Position numbers and translations under genes: made by a program. The notes beneath the pieces are model-generated. The model saw only the letters and a program-made list of their open reading frames with translations, did not search any database and had not been told where the DNA came from. Below, in pieces: positions 13,801 through 26,609 of a DNA stretch of 64,000 nt. This DNA comes from Chrysomallon squamiferum (Eukaryota > Animalia > Mollusca), in contig CM022679.1 of the NCBI GenBank assembly GCA_012295275.1, positions 20,274,001 through 20,338,000 on the forward strand, in the 5' to 3' direction. The first letter of the stretch is position 1. Each line of letters begins with the position of its first letter.

Positions 13801-16800
13801 TTCACTTATGATGGTGTTTACAATGATGACTGTCAGCAAATGGTGGAAACCAAAGTGAAGGAAGCTCTAAATCCTGTTTTTAATGCGTGTGGCATGGCTG
13901 AGCAGTATCTCAATGTTACAACAAACTACAGTTTTGTGAAAAATGGAAATACGGTATGTTTTACTCCTTTGTGTATGTATGTATATGTATGCTTGTAACA
14001 AACACACACACACACACACACACACATCTACACACTCACACAGACACACCTACACACACATACACACATATTCACATAGAGATGTGTGCGTGTGCTTGTG
14101 TATGTGTGATTTCCTGATTGTCCAAGGGAAGATTTATATGAATCACACTTTGCTAACCAATAAGAGTGCCACATTTTATTTTCTGTCAGATACAATTATA
14201 ATGAATAAAGTATTTGGAATTTTTTTATTTAGTATACATATATTTACTGCATGTAACAATAAAATTTAAATGTATTTTGTGCAGTGTTAAATAAAACATC
14301 TCCTCATCTTCTGTTATGTTTGATATCTGAAAGATAATTAATATGTAAATAGTATTTAAAAAGTATATTTTATTGTTTTATTTCAGATTCAGGTAACTGT
14401 TGTGGTTTACATTGATCTGATCTACACAACTAACGTGCCCTATTCACTGGCTAGAGACTGTAGCCAGCTTATCACAAAGACAGCAGACAGTGTGGGAAAT
14501 GTCAGCCTCGTTGTGGATGGTTGTGGAAATGCTACACACAGGCCTCCTCATGTCAGCGAGGGAGGAGAAGTCTGCCCCCCGGGGCACATACTTAAAAAAG
14601 ACTACTGCTGTGAGTTGAGAGTCCCTAACCTTTCAGTTACAGTGGGGTCTTTTATTTCATTTTTAAATATTTTGTAAATGTTCCACGGAATTTTAAATGT
14701 TTTAACTTGTTAATATTCCACTGCAGCTAAATTTCAATATTTTACCTTGTTCATGTACAAAAATTTCATACTTTTAGATAATAGAAAGTTATCATTTAAT
14801 TTTTGAATTAACCTTGTCAAACAGAAAACCATCACATTACAGTCATTTTTAAATAGATCCTTATATTGTTTGGTGAAGTAACAATATCTATATACTGGAT
14901 ATCATCAAGCATTCACTTATCCTTTTCATCATGCTTTTAAAACATAGTCTAGCCAATTTAAATTTTCCTAACCCAACAAATTCAAGCTTAGACAGATGTA
15001 GGGTGTAAAACATTATATTATTATAAATTAAACAATAATAGCAATGCTTTTTTTTAAATTATAATTTTAGTGGCATGTACTGCTGGAACATTTGCCAGTC
15101 AAAGTGTCAACTCATGTAACAGCTGCAGCAAGGGATTTTATCAAGATCTGAAAGGACAGCCTACGTGTAAAAGATGTCCTGATGGAACTACAACAAGGGA
15201 AATCCATTCAAAAAATATTTCTGAATGTATTGGTAATGTGCTTATGTGCATCTCTTTCAGACTGCTTGGACAAGAAATGTGTATATAGTGTATAAGATTC
15301 ATAATCATTGTGAAATTTTTATGTGTTTAACATACAATGTCAAATCAGTATTTGCTAGAATCATATATTTAGTGTATACAAAACCAGATTACTTTAACTT
15401 TACATTAGAATATTATAATTAGTATATAAGAGGCCAAATTGTTTTGATATTACCTTAGAATTGTATATTTAATGTTTATAATCCAAAATCACTTTAGCTT
15501 ACACTAAAAACATATATTTATCACATAATATGCCTTATTACTCTAATTTTAACTAGAATTATATATGCAAAATCATTTTACACCATTACTATCTATTTAG
15601 TATATAACATTTCTCACTACATCATTACAGAACTGTGCAAACCAGGAGAGTTTTCCAACACCACCATGGTTCCATGTAACAAATGTCCACAGTCCACCTA
15701 CCAGCCAGACAATGGATCTACTTCATGCATTGACTGCCCAGGTGGCATGCAGACTGAAGGTTCTGGCACTACATCAGTCACTGACTGTAAAGGTGTGTCT
15801 AGAATTTCAAAATAATTTCATGTTAAGATTTGGGTTGGTGGTTTCAGTAACATTAACAATTTAAAAAATATATACATTAATTAAAATAATTAAACTTTTA
15901 CATAGTGTAAAAACAATAACAGTGAATTTAAGAATTTCAGTATGATTCTGCTGCAGCTGCTGCTGATAGTAATAATAATAATGATGATGATGATGATGAT
16001 AATAATAATATTTAGTTAATATTTAGCAAAAATTTCTTTTCTTTCTTTTTGCTGATCTTGTTTCAAAATAATGCTTAAAAAACTAATGCAATTTAATGGG
16101 GTAAAATAAATTTATTACTGTTGTTACTTTTGTTTTAAATTTATTAAATTGTTTTTAATAATAATTAATTAATTAATTTGTTTTGGTTGTTTGTTTGTTT
16201 GTTTGATTATTTGTTTGTCTATTTGTTTATTTATTTAGCATTCTGCATTCCTGGCTATGTCAGTTCAACTGGACTGGAACCATGTATTTCTTGCCCCAAG
16301 AATACATACTCCACTGACCCACGGTCAACATACTGTGTCCAGTGTCCATACGACAAAGTGACCCTTAATGATTCAAGCAGCAGCATTAAGGACTGTGTCA
16401 GTAAGTACACAACACTTTCTTTCTTTCTCTCTTTCTCCTTCACTCTCTCATTTATTCTCCATTTTTGCCATTAATTACTCTAACACTGATTATTTGATTC
16501 TACAGAAATAGACCAGTGTGAGAATCACAGCTGTCAGAATGGAGCAGCGTGTATAAACAGGTGGAGATATTACCAGTGTGAGTGTCCAGTGGGATTCACA
16601 GGTGGGTGGCAGAAATAACAAAATATTTAACAGTTATGAAATAGGTTTATCAGTATAGGTTTATCCCTTAAGTGTCTTGCATAAGTATAAACCAGTAAGT
16701 ACATTCTTCTCTGTCATAGTCCAGTACTATTTTACTTCTTTATTCTAGGAACTAGTTTCTCTCTCATGATCCAGTACTATTTTACTTCTTTATTCTAGGA

Positions 16801-19446
16801 ACTAGTTTCTCTGTCATAGTCCAGTACTATTTTACTTGTTTATTTTAGGAACTCTGTGCGAGACTAATATTGATGAATGTAGCAGTTCTCCATGTGTCAA
16901 CAAAGCAACATGCCAGGATCAGGTGAACAACTACACCTGTCAGTGTCCATCAGGTAAATGTAACTGAGGTGTAAAAGTGAGAATGTGGCGAGGTGGGAAT
17001 AAAACAGAGTGGGGAGTGAGGAAATGGAGAAATGGGGTCATGGGGAGAATGACGGAAGAAAGTAAACTACTGATGAAGAAATCTGTGTGTATTTTCACCA
17101 CAGAATCAGCAGCATCTACTTTTTTAGCATCTACCTTTCTGTTTTATAAACACCAAGTAGCTGGGATTGCAAGAACACAACCTTTAAAATTCAGAATCCA
17201 TGTCTGACTGGTGAATTCAATGAGTTGTTTTAACAAACAAAATGAAACATTATAGTTACAACTGGTTAGTTCAGTAAGTTCAGTAACATGAATTATTGAC
17301 AAGAATCAGACTTGTAAAGATTATCTCTTTTTTAAACTAATACCAAGTACACATCTATGATCGTATCTCTCTCTCTGTTTGTTTGTTACAGGGTACCAAG
17401 GAAGAAACTGTGAAGAAGAGGTGGATGAATGTGAATCTAATCCCTGCTACAATGGTATTTGTGTTGATAAACACTTGGGCTGGGTCTGTGAATGTTACTC
17501 TGGTTTTACTGGTATACAGTACGTGTCATATTTACTTATATTACATTATTAGGAGCTAAATATCACAGATAGACTTCTCATTCTAACAAAATAATGATTA
17601 ATTCTGTTCAGTGAGCCCAGTTTCTAAGACTCATTTATCACACAGTTTATGAGAATGTGAATATAAAAGATTCTCTACTGCCAATGAAAATTAGTTCAGG
17701 AAAGATGATAGTTTGGTATGACAAGATTTTATATCTCATTTTACATTCTGACGCTGAAAAATATTTCAACCATTTAATGTAAATCTAAACAGTATTTATT
17801 TTCATCCATGCAAAAAACAATTAACTTTATTTGTATTATTGTACAGAGTAAATATCAGAAAAAATCTTTGAAAAATTTTAAATTTCATAATTTTTAATAG
17901 GTGAATTTTAATTTGGTCTTATAAAATTTATTTGTAAAGTATGTATTTAATGATGATTGTAACAGTTAGATTGAACATTGCCTTCACAGAATATTTCAGA
18001 TTAGCATAATGATTTATGTTCATTTTTATTTTAAATTCAAAATATTTGTAAAAATGTAACTTTGTTATAGATGTGAAATCAACATAAATGACTGTGAGAA
18101 TGATCCATGTGATCGAGGAACCTGCTATGATCTCATTAATGGTTTCTACTGTGACTGTGGGGTAAGTTAGTATCATAATGACCAGCTGTGTACTATAATA
18201 CAGTATATTATTACACTGTGTGTTATTTACACTGGTAAAAATAAAACTTTTACTGAATTACTAAATTAAATCTAAATAAATATGGAATCTAAAAATGAAA
18301 TAATCATATCTGTGGATTCTTAAATTCATTCCTACTACTACTGCTGCTGCTGCTGCTGTTACTTCTATTACAACTACTAATACTTTTACTGTAACTGCTA
18401 CTATTACTACTACTACTGCTGTTACTTCTATCATATCACTACCACTTCTACTACTATTACTACTGCTACTATTACTACAGTTACTACTATTACCACTACA
18501 ACTGTTAATACATTTGACAGGACACTGGTTTTGAGGGTCCTGTCTGTGCTGATAATGTTGATGACTGTCATGTGTATAGCTGCTTAAATGGAGGTACCTG
18601 TAACGACCAGATCAAAGGATTCAATTGTACCTGTCCTCCAGGTAATATTTTTATACAAATGTTTTCTTTAGTATATAAAACAGCTTTATTATCAATTTTA
18701 GATTTCAGTTCATTGGTTAGGTTTCAGTACTTCTATATTCATTGGCTCCTGATTTAGAATTAATGTAAAAAACTATTTTTCTTGTTTCCTTAGTTTTATT
18801 TTCAATCGATCACTTTTATTTTTTATTTTCTCTGCTGTGAATTGTACATTCCTTTAAAACATTTTGTTGGTTTTAGGCTTTAGTGGTGAAAGATGTGAGA
18901 CTGACAATAATGAGTGTGACTCCAGTCCATGTGAACATGGCAAATGTGAAGACCTAAAGAATGGTTACAGGTGTTTGTGTCAGGTAAGGCGTATTTCTTA
19001 AATTTTAATTGTTGTTGTTGTTGATGATGATGTTGATGTCGTTATTAAAAATACTATCATTAATACAAATATTTATTAAAATTACTCTTCTTTTATTTAT
19101 TTATTTAATCTATTTTATTTACTTATTTATTTTATTTTTTGCTTTATGTATTTGAATTAAGCAATTAATGAATTAAATATGTATTGATTTTAAATCTTCA
19201 TTACAAATGTCAGACAGTTAGTATAACATGTGAAGTTTAATTGTAGTCTGGGTACACAGGGACAAACTGTGAGGTTATGATAGATGAATGTCAACAACGG
19301 CTGTGTGAAAACAACTCCACCTGTACAAGTTTTCTAGGTGGATACAACTGTACCTGCCTTTCAGGTATATGTCCAATTACTTCACAGATGTGTCAGTAGC
19401 AAAGACTTTTTCTGTTATACTGAAACGTTATGGTTATTTATTTATT

Positions 19447-19484
<38 letters not shown>

Positions 19485-19919
19485 GTTTGTTTGTTTATAT
19501 TATTTATTTTATTGTTATTTATTGTTTATAACTGTCATGTAATATAGAAAAATGTTTAACTTATTTTATTATTTATTTTTGTTTTATTCATAATTTCATT
19601 TTCTTATATTTATTGTTCATTCTTATTCATTGAGAACAGTATTTCATGAAATATAGTTAATGTATATATTATTTTTTTATATTAAAACAATTTGAACACT
19701 GTTTTACTTTTAAAGATATTATTTAAAAAATTAAGTGTTTTTATAATGCTTACAGTTTCATGTCTGTCTATCTCTAGATAGATAGATAGATAGTTAGATA
19801 GGTAGTCAGATAGATAGACAGACAGATAGATAGATAGGTAGATAGACAGACAGACAGATAGACAGACAGTCAGGCAGATAGACATACAGATAGATAGGTA
19901 GATAGACAGACAAACAGAC

Positions 19920-19950
<31 letters not shown>

Positions 19951-20027
19951 TAGACAGACATACAGATAGATAGATAGGTAGACAGACAGATAGATAGATA
20001 GACAGATAGATAAACAGACAGACAGAC

Positions 20028-20068
<41 letters not shown>

Positions 20069-23000
20069 TAGTATAACATTGTAAGAATTACCAAAGCACT
20101 TCAGTTTTTAAAATATATATTTATAAATAATACAGTTTTTAAATTGTTTTAATATAACAAACCAATAATATTATTTATTACAGGGTTTTCTGCTTGTGTT
20201 AATTTGATGTATTTGTTTGTTCAGGTTTTACAGGTAAAAACTGTGAAACAAACATTGACGACTGTGTCTCATGTCACAAAACTGGGACACTCAGCTGTCA
20301 GGACGGCATCAACAGCTACATTTGTGAATGTCTTCCTCGGTGGACAGGTGAGTCACCTTTTTACATAGCATTTACTGAACCTGACTTTTATATACATCAA
20401 AGTTACTTCAAGACTTTGAGTAGAAAAACTAGAGTGATATCTTTTTACATAACATTTACTGAACCTGACTTTTATATACATCAAAGTTACTTCAAGACTT
20501 TGAGCAGAAAAACTAGAGTGATATCTCTTTACATAACATTTACTGAACCTGACTTTTATATACATCAAAGTTACTTGAAGACTTTGAGTAGAAAAACTAG
20601 AGTGATATCTTTTTACATAGCATTTACTGAACCTGACTTTTATATACATCAAAGTTACTTCAAGACTTTGAGTAGAAAAACTAAAGTGATATCTTTTTAC
20701 ATAACATTTACTGAACCTGACTTTTATATACATCAAAGTTACTTCAAGACTTTGAGCAGAAAAACTAGAGTGATATCTTTTTACATAACATTTACTGAAC
20801 CTGACTTTTGTCTACATCAAAGTTACTTGAAGACTTTGAGTAGAAAAACTAGAGTGATATCTTTTTACATAACATTTACTGAACCTGACTTTTATATACA
20901 TCAAAGTTGAAGACTTTTGAGTAGAAAAAAGACTTTCTTTTTACATAACATTTAGAAAAACTAGAGTGATATCTTTTTACATAACATTTACTGAACCTGA
21001 CTTTTTTGTCTACATCAAAGATATCTTTTTACTTGAAGACTTTGAGAAGAGTAGAAAAAAAAAAGAGTGATATCTTTTTACATAACATTTACTGAACCTG
21101 ACTTTTATATACATCAAAGTTACTTGAAGACTTTGAGTAGAAAAACTAGAGTGATATCTTTTTACATAACATTTACTGAACCTGACTTTTGTCTACATCA
21201 AAGTTACTTGAAGACTTTGAGTAGAAAAACTAGAGTGATATCTTTTTACATAACATTTACTGAACCTGACTTTTATATACATCAAAGTTACTTGAAGACT
21301 TTGAGTAGAAAAACTAGAGTGATATCTTTTTACATAACATTTACTGAACCTGACTTTTGTCTACATCAAAGTTACTTGAAGACTTTGAGTAGAAAAACTA
21401 GAGTGATATCTTTTTACATAACATTTACTGAACCTGACTTTTATATACATCAAAGTTACTTGAAGATTTTGACTAGAAAAACTAGAATGATATCTTTTTA
21501 CATAACATTTACTGAACCTGACTTTTGTATACATCAAAGTTACTTGAAGATTTAGAGTAGATAAACTAGAATGATATCTTTTTACATAACATTTATTGAA
21601 AACTGACTTTCACACATCAAAGTTGCTTGAAGATTTTAATTAGAAAAAACTAGAGTGATACCTTTTTACATAACATTTATTGAAAACTTATTTGCATACA
21701 TCAAAATTACATGAAGATTTTGACTAGAAAAAATTAGTGTGATGACAAAATATTACTCTAAGAACTTTCTTTTCATATTTGACTTATTTACAGAATTAAG
21801 ATTAAGTGACTTAAAGTATAAATTATAAAAAAAAAATTAAATATATTTTATTAATTTATTATATATGGTATTTATTATATATTATATATGCATATGGTAT
21901 TTTTGGGGTATTATCATTATTATTATTATTATTATTATGAAGTTGTTAAATTAATTTAAAAAAAATACATTATTAATATATTTTTAAATATATATACAAT
22001 ATTATGAAGTTTTTTACACTAACTTATTAATTAGTGTTTTTGAATATGTTTTACTGATGTATTTGTTTAACACTAGGCAGTCGATGTGAAGCCATGCTGG
22101 ACCCATGTTTCTCCCAGCCCTGTGAAGCAGATGGGACGTGTGTAAGAATTGGAGATCTGTATCGCTGTTACTGTGCTCCTGACTTCACTGGCACCCACTG
22201 CCAGGTAAAACATTGCTTTAGTTATTATCACCTTTGAAGTAATTTAGGTAAAATATAATTATTTTTTTATTTAATTTATTATTTATTTATTTATTTACTA
22301 ATTTATTACATTGCACTCTTGAATGGACGGACTACCAAAGATTTTATATTAAAGACTAATTTCAAAACATTACTGATATAATATAGATACTGATATATTA
22401 TCACTGATATCTTACAATAATAATAATATGTTATCTTTGATATATTGTTGTTAATTATAGATTCTGATATCATACAAATGATGTTATTTTATCACTGATA
22501 TATATACTGCAAATACAGATATGGTATTAATCATATACTACAGTTTCAGATATCTTACAGATAATGCATTATTACTGATAATGTACAAACACTAACAGAA
22601 TTATATTGGTATATACAAATAGCAATATATTACACTGATATTACTGATATTGATATATCATCACTGAAATATTGCAAACAGTGATATAATTGTTATAACT
22701 GGTATCTTACAAATGCTAATATATTACCACTGTTAGAGATAATGATGTTTTATTACTGATATAGCATAGATACCAGTATATAATAATTGATATTTTACAG
22801 ATACAAATAGATGACTGTTTATCACAGCCATGTTTGAATGGTGCTACCTGTATTGATTCTGTTAACAGCTTCACCTGTCAATGTTCATCAGGATTCACTG
22901 GACAGGTCTGTCAGGACAATGTCAATGAATGCACATCAAACCCTTGTCTTAATAATGGTTCCTGTAGTGATGTCAACAATGGCTTCATATGCAGGTAAAC

Positions 23001-23809
23001 CTAGTTTTATAATTTTACATAGAATCCGAATTAAGTAAAAGAATATGAGTTAATTAATGGTATATATTATAACAATATTAGGTCATTTGTTTTTGAAAAA
23101 CCCCAAAGGGAATGAGTTTAAAAAACAAATTTGATTCTGTGCTGATCCCCAATTTACTGAATGTTCAACTTATTTTTTTTATTACTGTATAATTGGTGTA
23201 CATTTTCTGAATGCTGTTACTGAAGACAGAGATGTTTGTTGTTTGTGTAGCTGTCCACCAGGATGGAGTGGGTCCCTGTGTGAGGAGGATGTTGACGACT
23301 GTGCCAGCATGCCATGTCAGAACGGTGCAACCTGTCAGGATCAAATCAGTGATTACACCTGCCTCTGTTCTAAAGGTCTGTTATCATAGTGTTATAGGTT
23401 AATGATTTAATGATTGGTGTATTTAATCATTACATCTGCCTCTGTTCTAAAGGTCTGTTATCATAGTGTTAGAGGTTAATGATTTAGTTTTTGGTGTATT
23501 TAATCATTACATCTGCCTCTGTTCTAAAGGTCTGTTATCATAGTGTTATAGTTTAATGATTTAATGATTGGTGTATTTAATCATTACATCTGCCTCTGTT
23601 CTAAAGGTCTGTTATCATAGTGTTAGAGGTTAATGATTTACATATCTAAAGATATAGTTTTAAATATATCAATTGTTTATTTATGGTATATTTAATGATT
23701 ACACCTGCCTCTGTTCTAAAGGTTTGTCATTCATTATAATAATTTGTTCTGTTAACTACTGATGTATTTAAATTACATTTGTATAGATCCATCAATGTGT
23801 GTATGTATT

Positions 23810-23844
<35 letters not shown>

Positions 23845-25886
23845 TTGTACATGTGCATATATATTTGTATATATGTACATGTTTATTTATGTGTATATGT
23901 GTGTGTATTTATGTTGCATCTCAGTTATGTTCTTAAGTATCTGTGTTTAGATATATGTGTAACTGTATGTATGCATGTATGTGTATGTAGTATGTATGTA
24001 TGTATTTATGTATGGGTGTCAGATTTGTTTGTGAAAGTGAAGTAAAATTTTATTAAGTTGTAATTTCACTGATAAAATTATAACGCAAAACAACATACTT
24101 AATATGACCATGTAAAGACATTTAATTTTAATACTGAATACAGGCTATGAAGGCAAGTCATGCCAGGATGAGATAAATGAATGTGACAAGCAGCCATGTA
24201 AGAATGGAGCTACCTGTGTGGACAAGATAGGAGACTTTGAGTGTCAGTGTCTGGAGGAGTATGAAGGAGAGCTGTGTGACAGAGCCATTGATGACTGTGT
24301 TTTGAACAACACCTGTTTGAATGGAGCCACCTGTAAAGATGGATGGAGATCAGTCACATGTATCTGTCCACCATTTTACATGGGAGATGACTGTGGAAAG
24401 GGTAAGAGAAATCTTTTATTTACAAACAATACCACGCACTGTCACTGGCCAAATACTCTGCATGTATTAATATATATATTGTTCTTGTTCTTGTTATTGT
24501 TACTGGTTGATGTTGCTGCTGCTGTTACTGTTGATACTACTGTTGCTGTTTTAGAGAAAGATGATGACTATGACATGCTGTGTAGAGGACAGAATGGCTC
24601 CCTGTGTCTTCCACCTAAAATGTATTCCCCAAATATCACTGAGCTGTCTGTTTGTCTGTGGGTCCGGTTTGCAGACATTAAAGGCAATGGAACATATCTA
24701 ACCTTGCTGGAAGTAATTCAGTAAGTGTTCACAAAACAGTCAACAGACTTCTTCAGAGTCACACTAAATAACCAGCTATAAGAAATATACTGAATACCAA
24801 CTTAAAAAAACAAATAAAAATAAACAAATGTAACATTTCTTGTTTTTATTGATTCCTCTTAATAAATAACAGTTATTAGAGCCATACCAGAAAAACAAAC
24901 AAAGCAACAATGAAAATATATATGCAAGATAAAACATTTCCCTTATTGGTAAAAATATATTGACTCCTGCCTGCATTAGCATTACAAATGGTCCAACCAT
25001 TAATTAATGTTAGTCTAAAATTAGTGCCAGGAAAATTTCATTTTAAAGGATTGATTATACATAGGCTTAAGGAATGCTTGAAAGTGATTATTTTATTTGT
25101 TGATTTATTCCTAAAAATAAAGTATAAAAAAAAAAATAAAACTATGAAAATTATGGAAGGATGTTATTTTCATGGCTATTGGTGAAATGGTTTTGCTCTT
25201 AGAAAAGTGAAAAATGAAATACCTTTTCTGAATGTTTCCAATTTGTATTTGTTTGTATGTGATGTGAAACATCTAAGAAAGGTTTCTCTTGTAGGTCAGA
25301 AAACAACAGCAATGATGAGGGAGCTAGGATTATGCTGGAGATGGAGGCTGATAAAGTGAGTGTCATGCTGTTTAGTGATGTCAACAGTGTTGATGTTGAT
25401 GTCGGTGTCAATGACGGCTTTTGGCATCATCTGTGTTTCACTTCCACTGATGAATCGTGGGTTATCTATGTTGATGGTGATGTGGTTCATTCTGAAACTG
25501 AAACATCAAATCAGAAATTGCCACACAGGTAAATGACTATATTGAACAACAGTTAATCTTTGAACTGTTTTCCAAACATGCTGTACTGGGTTAATAAGAT
25601 TAAAATAAATAAAAAATAAATAAATAAAAAAATTAATTAATTAAATAAGACAAAATTAAATTAAATTTAAAAAAATTTAAATAAAGTAAAAGATTCTATC
25701 ATTATTCAGATTTAAATGTATTCCACACATAGACTGTGCTGATCTGAGTGCTCCAGGATCAAACCTTTTTAATGCACCCATTCCATTGATGCTGTCCTAA
25801 TATGGAAGTGTATAAAGAATATCCATTGATATATGTAGTGTATGGAAAGACATCAGCACATTCTGCCTCTTGTGACACAACAACAG

Positions 25887-25951
<65 letters not shown>

Positions 25952-26560
25952 AACAAAAATCAGATGTATGATAGCTAGTAGTCATCAAATGTGCTGATAT
26001 TAAGATGTCATTAATTCTCTATTTCTTGTTTGTAGACTGCAGCTGTTCCTTGCTCAGAAATATGAACACATCAACAACAACAACCAGTTCCACGGCGAGC
26101 TCAGTCAGGTCAACGTCTACAGTTACGTCTTAAACGTCTCTGTCATTGAGAACATGGCCAACAACTGCTCCACCAGTCGCTTATCTGGCAACCTCTACAA
26201 CTGGGTCATCATGGATTCCTACATACACAATGACATTGAGATTGTAAGACCAGCTCTGTGTGGAAGATCACAGTGCCCTGCAGGGTATCGTGGGACCAAC
26301 TGTAACATTAAAATAGGTGAAACACCTGCTGTGGTTATTCACTAGTGTTTAATAATGATGTAAATTAAGTGAGAAAATAAATGTGAATGTACAATATGCC
26401 TCTCTGTCAGTAGGAGTAACATTAGCAGCAATACATTTCATTTATTTTAACTTAAATCACATTTAAACTAAACATGTGTAGATGTTTGCTTACTTTTAAT
26501 GTTTTATTATATCTTTATGTAAGTGTGAGCATGCATGTATGTGTGTGTGCATATACTTAT

Positions 26561-26609
<49 letters not shown>

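Noticed and set aside
20353-21555. Long ORFs (127-164 aa) and CRISPR-like regularity
   Set aside because: These are translations of an intronic 84-bp minisatellite; there are no unique spacers or cas genes, and the context is eukaryotic.
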